A stretch of DNA of 64,000 nt, taken from the IMG/VR virus record IMGVR_UViG_3300005613_000005, positions 91,213 through 155,212 of that record; one strand, written 5' to 3'. The notes under the pieces are model-generated. The model did no database searches. It was not told where the DNA came from and saw only the letters and a program-made list of their open reading frames with translations. Source of the stretch: a virus (Duplodnaviria > Heunggongvirae > Uroviricota > Caudoviricetes). The position numbers were made by a program, and so were the translations under genes. Below, piece after piece: positions 44,405 to 54,253 of this stretch. Every line of letters starts with the position of its first letter. The first letter of the stretch is position 1.

Positions 44405-47400
44405 TCAAACAGACCAGAGAAATCCCCCATCACCACCTATCTCATCCTCTTCATCTTCTTCACTGTCTAATTCATTTGCAGTACCAATTTTGCCGACTTT
44501 GGACGTATCAACTTCTTCACTGAACGGTATACCCATACTTTCTGCAAATTCACCGGCCGACGGTGTACGATAAAACTGATTGTTAGCATACACACCAACA
44601 CGATGATCAGATTCTGCTGCTAGCGCTGTAAGCATAGTTGAGTGCCCTAAAAGCATGTTAAGCGGATATCGTATAGCATCAAGCCAATGATTAAAAGCAT
44701 CTTCAGGTTGATCGGTAACTTCACCAGCCGTATTTAATTTAAAGTGATACAAGCTAAACTCTTCTATCAACGACTGACATGTCTCTTTAGCCACGTGAAA
44801 TTTAGTATCTTCAGTACCAGGAACTCGTAATAACCGTTTTATTATCTGCACGCCTGTCATAATCTCAGGCTTAACGTAGTTCGCCACCGGTAATCCTATC
44901 TTCTTCATCTCTTCCATAGAACCAGGAACAGCGGCGTCTGGAAAGTATAGTTGACATTTGTAAGCGTGATGATACTTAGTTTTAACATAATTTGCCCAAG
45001 TAGGATCACTTACATAACACATACCATCTGCGCGAACAGCGTATACGTTCTCTCTCTTGTCCAAGAAAAAGTACACCACCGTACTCGGTGCTGACCATCC
45101 CCAGTCGATCCCCGCGTAGCACGGCAACTTCAACTGGTGGCATTTCTTAACGAATATATCGTGAGTACATTCACCGGGATATTCTACACCAGTCAACTTC
45201 TTCCACATCTCGTTCCACGTGTTAACGTGTACTCTCTCATCAAATTCCCTGTATATGATACCTTCTACTGAGGGTTTAAGATTCATGAGCTGAGCCAATG
45301 CCCAATCTGGACCTTTTCTAACCTTATTCATTATGTCTTGTATCGGCTTCAACATCGGTGATTTTGAAGTTTGTTTTTTAGCGTCTCCCAAGCATATAGC
45401 AGCTGCTGGACATTTCCTACACTTAGATCCCGGAAACGTATATCGCATGAACTCTTTCTGTTTTTGCTTACTTTTTAACTTGTATTCTTCTTCTGTTAAT
45501 ACTATGAAATCTTCTTGAAGTACCCATAGATCAGTCTCATCAGTACCTGATCTATCATCAGGACATCTTTCAGAAAACTCCCAGGCTGTCCATTTTCTTA
45601 CCGTACGCCCTTCAGTATCAGCGTTTTCCATCTGCTGATTCATCAGTCCATATCGTGACTTGCGCGTAGATATACCAACACGAAGCGCGTGTTTAGTTCC
45701 TTTTGAATCCAGCATACCAGAAATTTCACCAAAGGCCTTAACTCCTTCGCCTGATACTGTATCTATCTCGTCGACCACTACCATGGGAACGTGAGGACCA
45801 TTACATTGTAAACTATTAATACCATTAACTAAAAACGAATGATCAGAGCGATTATTTCCTTCAACTTCAATGTCTATTAAGCGCTGTTTACCTAAAAATT
45901 CAATATTTACTACAGATAAACTATCTTTACTCCATTTTCTAAACCATTGTTTCCACTGTTTATTACTAAATTGTCCATCGGTCACTTCTTTCAATAAAAC
46001 GCTACAACCCGTCTTACTAATATCAATTTCATCTCCCATATCAAATGAATATAATTTCTCAGGAACAATATCTGTTGATATTTTATAGTACATGGTTGGA
46101 TGAACGTAACGCTGTACAATGTCACGCATAGTTCGTGTATCACTGCTGTTAAAACGAATTACGTTATATTTATGCGAATTACGAACATGAGCTGATTTTA
46201 AATTAAATTTACTGTGAAACATATTCAACAGTTTATTACATTCTTTATCAGTTAAAGAACAAGTCGATAACTCTAATTGTTGACCAGCAATACCATCATC
46301 TTGAATCCAAAAAGCCAATGCAATCTCATCTATGTAATCAACCAATTGATCAGTAATTATTTTTTTATTTATTCGTTGATCGGTAAAAAGTTCAACTAAA
46401 AATTGCAACTCTTCAGTTGATTCTGTAATTAATTCTTTGATATTGCTTCCATAACCAGATTTTTTATCTCTAATTTGATTAACTTTAATATGTTGCTCAA
46501 TAATTTCGCGGCAATAATTAAAGTACTCATGCTGCTTGATCGAATGTCCTTTATATAATCTGGCATTGCCAATTTGCTTACGATCTTTTATTTTAATACT
46601 TAAATGAGCATCTCCCAACATCATACCGATTAAAGCAGAACGCCACTGTTGCTGATTAAAATTAGGTTTATTCCAACGATATTTAGTTTTGCTACTATTC
46701 TTCTTAAACTGCGGAGCGCGTACAATTTTCGTATTGTAATTAATATCGCATAGTCGTTGCCAACCAAAACGCGTCAATATTTTATTGTCATAACCACCAG
46801 TACTTTCTAAACCATCTTCTAATGTAATCTTATAAGTATCAGAATATTTAGTCCATTTGTCGATAACTTTTCGATATGTGCTTTGTGGAAATTCACCTCG
46901 CATATAATCCCAAGATGCTATATAATCGCCAATTCTTACAGAATCAATGGAATGATATCCTCCACGTTTTGTTTTTACTATTGATTGTGGGTCAACACAA
47001 GCTTTCAGCGTACAAGGAAGTACCTCTAACGATACAGTCTGACCATTAACATTAAACAACGACTTACTCATGTTAGCTTTATTTAATATTCGCTTGTCTT
47101 CTGCAAGGTTAGAAGGGGTAACAAGCGTTTTCAAACGCCGATTGTACAAGAAATTTTTAATATAATCATAACAGCGAGTTGCCTGCGCCATAACTGCGCC
47201 AACGTGAACAATATCCCGTTGATCATGCAAGACGATCATCATCTCAACTATGGCCATCCCTAAAGTTTTTCCCGAACCTCTTCCAGCAACCAATAACAAC
47301 TCGTTGATCATCTCCGGATTCTTGTTTAAAACCGCAATCTGATATATCTCCCATATAGCATTGAAAGGGTTAGTATCTGCATACCTAGAAACCGTACAGT

Positions 47401-47524
47401 CAGGAAGATGAATGTCTAGATGAAACTTGATCCATTTCTTGAATTCTGCTTTAGTTTTGCAGGGTTTTAATAATAATTTCTTACGTTGTTCGTAAGTTAA
47501 GTTCTGAACTTTCTTCTTTGCCAT
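44405..47524 (-). CDS. terL: Terminase large subunit interrupted by an intein
   Basis: Walker A GRGSGKT, Walker B VVVDEID, nuclease GIDWG and HWLDAIRY. Confidence 0.93.
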   Translation of the reverse strand: MAKKKVQNLTYEQRKKLLLKPCKTKAEFKKWIKFHLDIHLPDCTVSRYADTNPFNAIWEIYQIAVLNKNPEMINELLLVAGRGSGKTLGMAIVEMMIVLHDQRDIVHVGAVMAQATRCYDYIKNFLYNRRLKTLVTPSNLAEDKRILNKANMSKSLFNVNGQTVSLEVLPCTLKACVDPQSIVKTKRGGYHSIDSVRIGDYIASWDYMRGEFPQSTYRKVIDKWTKYSDTYKITLEDGLESTGGYDNKILTRFGWQRLCDINYNTKIVRAPQFKKNSSKTKYRWNKPNFNQQQWRSALIGMMLGDAHLSIKIKDRKQIGNARLYKGHSIKQHEYFNYCREIIEQHIKVNQIRDKKSGYGSNIKELITESTEELQFLVELFTDQRINKKIITDQLVDYIDEIALAFWIQDDGIAGQQLELSTCSLTDKECNKLLNMFHSKFNLKSAHVRNSHKYNVIRFNSSDTRTMRDIVQRYVHPTMYYKISTDIVPEKLYSFDMGDEIDISKTGCSVLLKEVTDGQFSNKQWKQWFRKWSKDSLSVVNIEFLGKQRLIDIEVEGNNRSDHSFLVNGINSLQCNGPHVPMVVVDEIDTVSGEGVKAFGEISGMLDSKGTKHALRVGISTRKSRYGLMNQQMENADTEGRTVRKWTAWEFSERCPDDRSGTDETDLWVLQEDFIVLTEEEYKLKSKQKQKEFMRYTFPGSKCRKCPAAAICLGDAKKQTSKSPMLKPIQDIMNKVRKGPDWALAQLMNLKPSVEGIIYREFDERVHVNTWNEMWKKLTGVEYPGECTHDIFVKKCHQLKLPCYAGIDWGWSAPSTVVYFFLDKRENVYAVRADGMCYVSDPTWANYVKTKYHHAYKCQLYFPDAAVPGSMEEMKKIGLPVANYVKPEIMTGVQIIKRLLRVPGTEDTKFHVAKETCQSLIEEFSLYHFKLNTAGEVTDQPEDAFNHWLDAIRYPLNMLLGHSTMLTALAAESDHRVGVYANNQFYRTPSAGEFAESMGIPFSEEVDTSKVGKIGTANELDSEEDEEDEIGGDGGFLWSV
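45806..46999 (-). mobile_element. 398-aa intein with LAGLIDADG endonuclease, terminal Gln
   Basis: TLKA|CVDPQSIV...LIDIEVEG...SFLVNGINSLQ|CNGP; GMMLGDAH and FWIQDDG motifs; AT-rich. Confidence 0.9.
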
Positions 47525-48129
47525 TACTCATCGTACTCAATATCGTCCAACGATATCTCTTTAATATCATGTTGTTCTAAAGATTGTTTTTTGTCAGATG
47601 GCGCTAGTGCGTTGAAAAGCGGTGAACTCTTTGCCCTAGAGTTAGGAGTAGCGCCAGAAACTATCTTATATAGTGTCTCGATAACTTCTTTATATTCCTT
47701 GATTGTTTCTATTGTTAAATCAGGTTTCACATTGTTATCAGGATCAGCGACATATTTGCGCATAGCACTCATTCGCTGTGCATTGTTTACAGATAATAAA
47801 GTAGTTAAAAAGTCAACTTGCTCAATGACTGACTTAACAACTTTAGCTTGTACTCTATCGCGCAAACTATGCTGCATCTTATCTCTGTCATGACACCATC
47901 CAGCTAGAGCGGCCGTCAATATTATCTTTCCCATCTCATATTGCGGAAATTGTTGGTGTATTTCTACAAACGTATGGCCTATCAAAAACATCTCTAATAA
48001 CTTTAAAGATTCCGGTTCCTTGATTCGACCTGCTGTCTTATGTTTTCTCAGATATTTTTCCGCTAATTTAATCTCTTGTTGCGTTAAGCTATAACGCTCA
48101 TGTTCCGTTAAGTTTCTTTTTAGAGCCAT
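47524..48129 (-). CDS. Probable terminase small subunit
   Basis: HTH-like N-terminus, immediately upstream of terL. Confidence 0.55.
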   Translation of the reverse strand: MALKRNLTEHERYSLTQQEIKLAEKYLRKHKTAGRIKEPESLKLLEMFLIGHTFVEIHQQFPQYEMGKIILTAALAGWCHDRDKMQHSLRDRVQAKVVKSVIEQVDFLTTLLSVNNAQRMSAMRKYVADPDNNVKPDLTIETIKEYKEVIETLYKIVSGATPNSRAKSSPLFNALAPSDKKQSLEQHDIKEISLDDIEYDE

Positions 48130-48523
48130 TGACCTTTTCCCTTAATTGTTCCCACGCCGGATTATCACGGATGACGTTAATAGTCTGCATTATTCTAATC
48201 TTACTAATACCTTTATACTTAGCTATTTCAGGTACTGTAAAGTTTATGACCATTAGATATATGATAGATCGTTCAAACTCAGTAAAGTTCAACAAAAATT
48301 CATGTATATCGTAACCATCTTTTATATAATCGCGCAAGAATTGCTTGCTATTTTTATGTTCTTTGGAATGTAAACGCAAATACTCTAAGAAGTCGTCAAA
48401 GGATAAAGTAGAATTATTCTCAAGATAATAGACCCAAAGATCCTGTCGATAATCTTCATTGCTGGTCAAATTATTTATCGTTTGAATTATCGATGTCGAT
48501 GCCTTTTTCATCTCCAAAACCAT
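48098..48523 (-). CDS. Compact ECF-sigma-like / sigma4-HTH transcription regulator
   Basis: EDYRQDLWVYYL (region-2-like) and FTEFERSIIYL..FTVPEIAKYKGIS (region-4 HTH); start uncertain. Confidence 0.55.
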   Translation of the reverse strand: MVLEMKKASTSIIQTINNLTSNEDYRQDLWVYYLENNSTLSFDDFLEYLRLHSKEHKNSKQFLRDYIKDGYDIHEFLLNFTEFERSIIYLMVINFTVPEIAKYKGISKIRIMQTINVIRDNPAWEQLREKVNGSKKKLNGT

Positions 48524-48908
48524 TCTTATAGTGTCTATAATCTACAACGTCCACGTCTACTGACCACTTCGGTCCACAAAAACTTTTAACAAACTGGTTA
48601 AGAAGATGGTTAAAATTTAAGTTACCTTCCTTAGCTAAGTACCTTTTGAATCTCCATAGTCCCAACAAGCTTTTCGCGTAGGAGAGTTTACGATATTTGT
48701 TAGACTTTTTAAGTAACTTTTTAGTAACATATACTTGATAATAGACTTTTTTATTGTCCATATCCAACTTTAGTTCAACAGCCTGCACATCTTGATGCAC
48801 GATAGAACCATAGAAAAATAGCTGATTTTTGATATTATCAGTTACAAGACCGTGGTTCATCATAAATCGACAGTGATCTATATACTCCATCAATTTAGCA
48901 TCATCCAT
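48471..48908 (-). CDS. Hypothetical protein
   Basis: GGAG RBS and TGGTATAAT at 48935-48943. Confidence 0.7.
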   Translation of the reverse strand: MDDAKLMEYIDHCRFMMNHGLVTDNIKNQLFFYGSIVHQDVQAVELKLDMDNKKVYYQVYVTKKLLKKSNKYRKLSYAKSLLGLWRFKRYLAKEGNLNFNHLLNQFVKSFCGPKWSVDVDVVDYRHYKNGFGDEKGIDIDNSNDK

Positions 48909-48997
48909 GTTCAATCTCCATTTCGCTTAACTCTATTATACCAGATGAGAACAGAGTTTTAAACGATATGTAACTATATGATAACTTCTATCAATTC

Positions 48998-50095
48998 CTA
49001 ATGAAAATCGGTATTACCTTTTCTTAATAAGTATTCATCACTTACAAATTTAAGTATTTTTCTCCCGATATAAGATCTTTGTTCATAGATTGGCTTAATT
49101 ACAACGCCTTCTCGTATCGTCTGTAACGGAAACAATACTGAATCGCCTTTTGTAAGTTCTCGTACTTTTTCAACATTAAAAGGTCCTCTATATAACTCAG
49201 GAACGATATCGAGATTTTTATTTTTACAGTAATTTATAAGTGAATCGTGGCCAATATACAGGCCGTTCCACATCAGGTCAAAGATCACGAGTTTATGCTC
49301 GTTGGGTCCACAACCGTACTTATAGTTTTTCTGGATCCCGTCGCCGTATATCTCGCCATATACTATCTCATTGTAACCTATCTTGTTTTTTAAGTCATAT
49401 TGCTTAACAATCTTAGTGTACACATTTTTCTCATAAAAATCTTTACATTGCGTTTCTTGTCCCTGTAATTGAACGTTATGACTACCGAACACAAATTGGT
49501 ATCCTTTATTACCCATAATATAACTCTTAAACTTATCCCATCTTCTTACAGCTGGCACCCAACCACAACGAAAATTAGTGCCATGTATCTTTTCAGTTAT
49601 GATGACCGTTTCACTGTCTTGAAAAATCTCAGGATAATTTTTGATGTTCTCAATTTCCGTATATTTTTTAAAATGCTCGTTGTTCTTATGTTTTCTAACC
49701 TTAAAACCACCGGTCAAATTACGATTAGGCACAACGGGTTCATATTTTTTAACACCGAAACGATCAGTAAGATCGACGCCCAATACACAATCCGATGCGA
49801 TACCTAGAGTAGGTAGATCAACCAATAATCCCTGTGATACAGCGCCGCGTAGTTTTATAGTCTTAACCCGACTCTTATGCAACTTGACCTTAGAATTAGG
49901 GCCAAATATGGCACACTCTATTTTAGGTGGTAAGATGCTGTCGATAGGAAAATATATTGCTTTGTCGCCGATCTTATACTCACCCTTACGAACAACGCAA
50001 TTCCATCCCTTAACCAACGCTATCTCTAAACGATCTGCGTTAGGATGTGGTTGGATATCTTTAATTTCTACAACTTCAACTTTTAAGATGCCCAT
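48998..50095 (-). CDS. ATP-dependent RNA ligase (DRB0094 family) with N-terminal OB/tRNA-binding domain
   Basis: IQPHPNADRLE, ITEKIHGTN adenylation motif, YGEIYG, FDL, REGVVIK. Confidence 0.92.
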   Translation of the reverse strand: MGILKVEVVEIKDIQPHPNADRLEIALVKGWNCVVRKGEYKIGDKAIYFPIDSILPPKIECAIFGPNSKVKLHKSRVKTIKLRGAVSQGLLVDLPTLGIASDCVLGVDLTDRFGVKKYEPVVPNRNLTGGFKVRKHKNNEHFKKYTEIENIKNYPEIFQDSETVIITEKIHGTNFRCGWVPAVRRWDKFKSYIMGNKGYQFVFGSHNVQLQGQETQCKDFYEKNVYTKIVKQYDLKNKIGYNEIVYGEIYGDGIQKNYKYGCGPNEHKLVIFDLMWNGLYIGHDSLINYCKNKNLDIVPELYRGPFNVEKVRELTKGDSVLFPLQTIREGVVIKPIYEQRSYIGRKILKFVSDEYLLRKGNTDFH

Positions 50096-51098
50096 GTTCG
50101 GCCCTCATTTCTTTCAAAATTTGTAGTGCATTGTCGGCAACTTTTGTTTTATCTATACTACCGTTATACACCTTATTAACACATTCCTCAATTATTTGTT
50201 CCATCGACACTGCTTTGATTTCGACTCTCTTTTTTTCTTTGTCGATAAACTTAGGTTTTATACGAATGTCCACATCTTTCTGCAGTTGACCATAACGTTC
50301 ACTAGCTATATACGCTGTTATCTCTGCACGTGGTCCAGAAATCTCAACTATCCAATGATCCTGTTTAGTGACGCTCTTAACCAAATCACTGTGTAAATCT
50401 TCTATAGAAAAACCAGGACCAAGTTCATATTTGATACCAGACCATTTAGGTAATGGAATCTCGATAAAACGTTGTTGATAGGTCTCCGTATCAAACATCA
50501 TAACACCCTTAATTTGGTTAATGTCATTAACAGATTGAGCATATGGTGTCCCCGGATAATAACATTTACCGAACGATTGTCTGATGTGAACGTGTCCTGA
50601 GATAATAATCTCAGCTCGTACCTTATCAGCATCGACACCAACTTCGGGTCTAGTATAGCCATAATCTGCTCCTACAAAGGTTTGATGCGCGACACATATC
50701 GATTGAGTATCTAAAGGAAATTTAGTGTGATCAGGAATATAAGGAACCATAGTTATGTTATCAACGTCTAACCGTTTATCGACTACGGTAAAATTATCAT
50801 ACAAGCCAATCATGCTCTGAAACGCATGATACTTATCATCTTTTGGCCTATACATATCATGGTTACCTAAAATATAATACGTCGGTATCCCTAACTGTCT
50901 TACGTAATCTATATGTTTCCTGAACTCAGACATCAACTCTGAACGAAGTACAGCATGAGAGTCCATGTCGTCACCAAGACACACATACATGTCTGGCATC
51001 TCTTCTTTGATCATGGTATTCAACAATGCTAAAAATTGTTTTGCTAGATCAAATCTAGTTATTTTAAGGTGTTTATCGCCGCAAAACAATATCTTCAT
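50076..51098 (-). CDS. sbcD: SbcD/Mre11 (gp47-like) nuclease
   Basis: GDKH, LGDDMD, LGNHD, VAHQT, SGHVH, YPGTP. Confidence 0.9.
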   Translation of the reverse strand: MKILFCGDKHLKITRFDLAKQFLALLNTMIKEEMPDMYVCLGDDMDSHAVLRSELMSEFRKHIDYVRQLGIPTYYILGNHDMYRPKDDKYHAFQSMIGLYDNFTVVDKRLDVDNITMVPYIPDHTKFPLDTQSICVAHQTFVGADYGYTRPEVGVDADKVRAEIIISGHVHIRQSFGKCYYPGTPYAQSVNDINQIKGVMMFDTETYQQRFIEIPLPKWSGIKYELGPGFSIEDLHSDLVKSVTKQDHWIVEISGPRAEITAYIASERYGQLQKDVDIRIKPKFIDKEKKRVEIKAVSMEQIIEECVNKVYNGSIDKTKVADNALQILKEMRAEHGHLKS

Positions 51099-51409
51099 AA
51101 CAGCACCGCTTTTTCAAACTCTTCGTCCAGCCATCTTTGATACTCATCTGGATTCATCGGTAAAGTGTCACGCGGAAGATCATAAGAAATTTTAACTCCC
51201 ACATATCCATTGCGTGTTCTAAGATTGATCTCGAAAAGTGAATGATTGTGGTTTGGCGTATATCGCATTGTTCCCTCTACCATCTGTATCCACGACCTAA
51301 CAGTCACGTAAACATGTGATGGTAATTTACCGTGTACATCAAAATATTCTTCCGCACAATCTATAGCTCGTGCTGTATGATCATCATATATCTGTTGGGT
51401 CAATGTCAA
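51095..51409 (-). CDS. Hypothetical protein
   Basis: ORF track. Confidence 0.6.
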   Translation of the reverse strand: MTLTQQIYDDHTARAIDCAEEYFDVHGKLPSHVYVTVRSWIQMVEGTMRYTPNHNHSLFEINLRTRNGYVGVKISYDLPRDTLPMNPDEYQRWLDEEFEKAVLL

Positions 51410-52493
51410 TGTCCCCCACTGATATTTCTTTATTTCTAGCTGTTGCTACTTCTTCATCAACTTCACAACAAGCTTGAAAAATTTCTTCTTGTATATCCTT
51501 ATCGCCCAACACCCATGTTCTCATATTAGCTTCACCACGGATAGGATCGTGTTCAGCAAACTGCCACATCTGATTGTTGACTTTTCCAGTCTCTTCATTA
51601 AGAGGATGCTTGATGATATTCAAACTGATCGCAAGATCAACCAACTCGTTTGCTATGTTTATGATACCTTCTGTATAACTCAACGCAAGCTGAGCAGTAC
51701 GATACGGTGCAGCACATCTGTTTTTCTTAGCTTTAACTCTTATGAGATGCCCAATCTGTTGTGCACCACCGTATATGTTCTTGCCTTCTTCGATACGGCC
51801 TTGTTTGTTTTCAATTTTTTCTACCTGTAGCATGTAATCGCAAAAATGCTTCAATGCTCGACCATCAGGAACTATCCATGGATTGTTCATTTTCTTGTAC
51901 TGATCCATCTCCTCATATACTTGCTGTACTAAAAGCGTAGTGACGTTAAACTCACGAATAACCGGTAATACACCTTTCAACGCTGATCCTAGATAAGAAG
52001 CTCCACCGCCGCCCATGGTTTGATCAGTAGTTTTATTCTTAACATCTTTTGGATAACGAATAGATTTAACAGAATCTATGCCGATAGCCTTTATCGGGGC
52101 ACCATCTTGCAACATCTGATGTAATTCTCCACCGACACTTATTTTATCAAAGATCTGAAGAGGATCGTTAGTCTGTTTAACCATGAGACGTTTTAAATCA
52201 CCGCCTAGTTGCTGAAACCAATTCTTGTTAAAAGAAAACTCAGCGTCAAACAAAATACATATCGCATCTGGATCATCTTTCTGTATCTGAATCATCACAA
52301 GCTGCATCAGCAAACTCTTACCGCCTGATTCTGGACCAAAAAAACATATAGATTTACCTTCTACAAGACCACCGTTTCCAACTGCCCAATTTAAAGATGG
52401 CGATGGCATCTTGATAACATGATCTTGAGGCGCGGGCATGGCATCCGCCAACATACCAAAATCTTTTGTAAGTTTGCTCATCCAATTAGACAT
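51384..52493 (-). CDS. recA: RecA/UvsX recombinase
   Basis: FGPESGGKS, DAEFS, IDSV, PDGRALKH, KKNR. Confidence 0.95.
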   Translation of the reverse strand: MSNWMSKLTKDFGMLADAMPAPQDHVIKMPSPSLNWAVGNGGLVEGKSICFFGPESGGKSLLMQLVMIQIQKDDPDAICILFDAEFSFNKNWFQQLGGDLKRLMVKQTNDPLQIFDKISVGGELHQMLQDGAPIKAIGIDSVKSIRYPKDVKNKTTDQTMGGGGASYLGSALKGVLPVIREFNVTTLLVQQVYEEMDQYKKMNNPWIVPDGRALKHFCDYMLQVEKIENKQGRIEEGKNIYGGAQQIGHLIRVKAKKNRCAAPYRTAQLALSYTEGIINIANELVDLAISLNIIKHPLNEETGKVNNQMWQFAEHDPIRGEANMRTWVLGDKDIQEEIFQACCEVDEEVATARNKEISVGDIDIDPTDI

Positions 52494-52496
52494 ATA

Positions 52497-52691
52497 TTAC
52501 TCCTTAAATTTTATAAACTGTAACTCAGGATCAAGATTGTATTTCTTACATACTTCCTTGGAAACTACATAATATATATATTTCTCGTTTTCAACACTGT
52601 TATATATCTGCAAATTTCCATCCTTATCTATTTTGTTGAGCGTCTTCATCGCTTTATAAATCAACACGAAAGTTCTTATTAAATTAATCAT
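52497..52691 (-). CDS. Small hypothetical protein
   Basis: ORF track. Confidence 0.55.
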   Translation of the reverse strand: MINLIRTFVLIYKAMKTLNKIDKDGNLQIYNSVENEKYIYYVVSKEVCKKYNLDPELQFIKFKE

Positions 52692-53161
52692 GACATCCCC
52701 TCATCTGGTGATTGATATTGATCAGAATATACCATTTTCTTGACATCGTCGTGAGCTTGTCGAAAAGCCTGATGTTTGTTTTTTAAAAAAGTCACCAACG
52801 CCGCTGTTTTAGCCTTCAACTGGTGTGCCGCTTTAACATCGGCGTCTAGTTCAACGTAACGCTTACGAGCTTCAGCAGAATCTTTTATTCCTTTAGATTT
52901 TAGATAATCACCGGCTTTATCTAAATACGCTATCGCTTTAGCAGTTTCTAACGCATTAGCAGCTTCAAGATCGTATCTAACAGCGTGTGATAACAAAGTG
53001 CTAGTGTGATCTTGAGCTATGATAAAATCGCGTAAATATTGTGGGGCCATCATGTTGTTGAGGCCCCCAATTCTTTCTATTTTTTTGGTATATTCAATTA
53101 ACCGTGTAACGTCTAACCTAAGAAGTTTCTTCTCAAGTACGACCAACGCGTTATTCGACAT
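52688..53161 (-). CDS. UvsY-like recombination mediator
   Basis: Helical, ARKRYVELDADV...LKNKHQAFRQ pattern, located between SSB and RecA. Confidence 0.55.
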   Translation of the reverse strand: MSNNALVVLEKKLLRLDVTRLIEYTKKIERIGGLNNMMAPQYLRDFIIAQDHTSTLLSHAVRYDLEAANALETAKAIAYLDKAGDYLKSKGIKDSAEARKRYVELDADVKAAHQLKAKTAALVTFLKNKHQAFRQAHDDVKKMVYSDQYQSPDEGMS

Positions 53162-53170
53162 ATATCCTCC

Positions 53171-54178
53171 TTAATCTTTGAGGATACTGTCTGCCATAGC
53201 TAAAAATGGATCATCATCAGTTTTTGTCTGTTTATCAGCTGCTGACATGTTTGGTCTAGTTTCCGCAATATTAACATGTGCAGGTTCATCATCCTCATCG
53301 TTGAGCTTGATATTAACTTTACCAGTATTAATCGCAGGTATTGCAACAGTTGCTGGTGTAACAACTGGTACGGCTGCATTAGGGATAAAACCCTCGATAG
53401 CTGCATCCGGACACTCATTTATGATAGCAGGCATATTAGCCATTAATATCTCACGCAGTTCGTCGTACGTTTTCTTCTGATAAATTGATCCTAAATCATA
53501 AGCTAATTCTTTCCAATTTACACGAATATTCTCAGGTAACGCTGATCTATCATCGATAAACACTAATTGTCCATCAACTCTCTGTTGTTTCTGAAGTTTT
53601 TTAGCACTATACTCAGTATCAAAACCTTCACCTTCTCTAGTGATGTTAAACCATACACCAGAATCATCACGTTCACAGTTCACTGAAGTAGGATCTTGGT
53701 TGTAGTCCGAGATATACTGATTCATCTGTTTTTTCAATGCTTTATGCGCTGTCGCTTTGAGTTCTAAAATTCCTACCTGACCCGATTGATCAACCGCGTT
53801 CCATGCGTAAACTGTTTTCAAACGATAGTCAGAAATCACTTTGTTTAAAGGTTTTAACATTTCTTTGATAGTTTTTTCATCGTAACCCGCAGTTTTAAGT
53901 TCACTTTTCTTAGCTTCTGCTTTCTTTTGTAAAAGTCCAACCCATTCAAAAATCGGACATCTCTGTTCAGTTGTAAGTGAACTTGCATAAGGACGCATTC
54001 TTTGTGTCTGTGGATCGATAAGTCCCCATACGATCATCCATTTACGATAAGGATAACCATTGCTTGCTTCGCCAAACGGAGGTAAGAAACGATAGAAGTT
54101 ACTACCTTCTTTAATCTTATGGCGTTTCCATTCTTTTCTTTCTGCTAATGCTTTGGGATTAATAGAGATCTTTGACAT
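53171..54178 (-). CDS. Single-stranded DNA-binding protein (gp32-like)
   Basis: YRFLPP, CPI, GVWFNITREGEG..TEY, acidic C-terminal tail; TGGTATAAT at 54238-54246. Confidence 0.8.
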   Translation of the reverse strand: MSKISINPKALAERKEWKRHKIKEGSNFYRFLPPFGEASNGYPYRKWMIVWGLIDPQTQRMRPYASSLTTEQRCPIFEWVGLLQKKAEAKKSELKTAGYDEKTIKEMLKPLNKVISDYRLKTVYAWNAVDQSGQVGILELKATAHKALKKQMNQYISDYNQDPTSVNCERDDSGVWFNITREGEGFDTEYSAKKLQKQQRVDGQLVFIDDRSALPENIRVNWKELAYDLGSIYQKKTYDELREILMANMPAIINECPDAAIEGFIPNAAVPVVTPATVAIPAINTGKVNIKLNDEDDEPAHVNIAETRPNMSAADKQTKTDDDPFLAMADSILKD

Positions 54179-54253
54179 AATTTTTCCTTTCTACCTTAAC
54201 AGGCATAGTAATTACTACCGCAATACGGCATAACTCTATTATACCATAAAATA

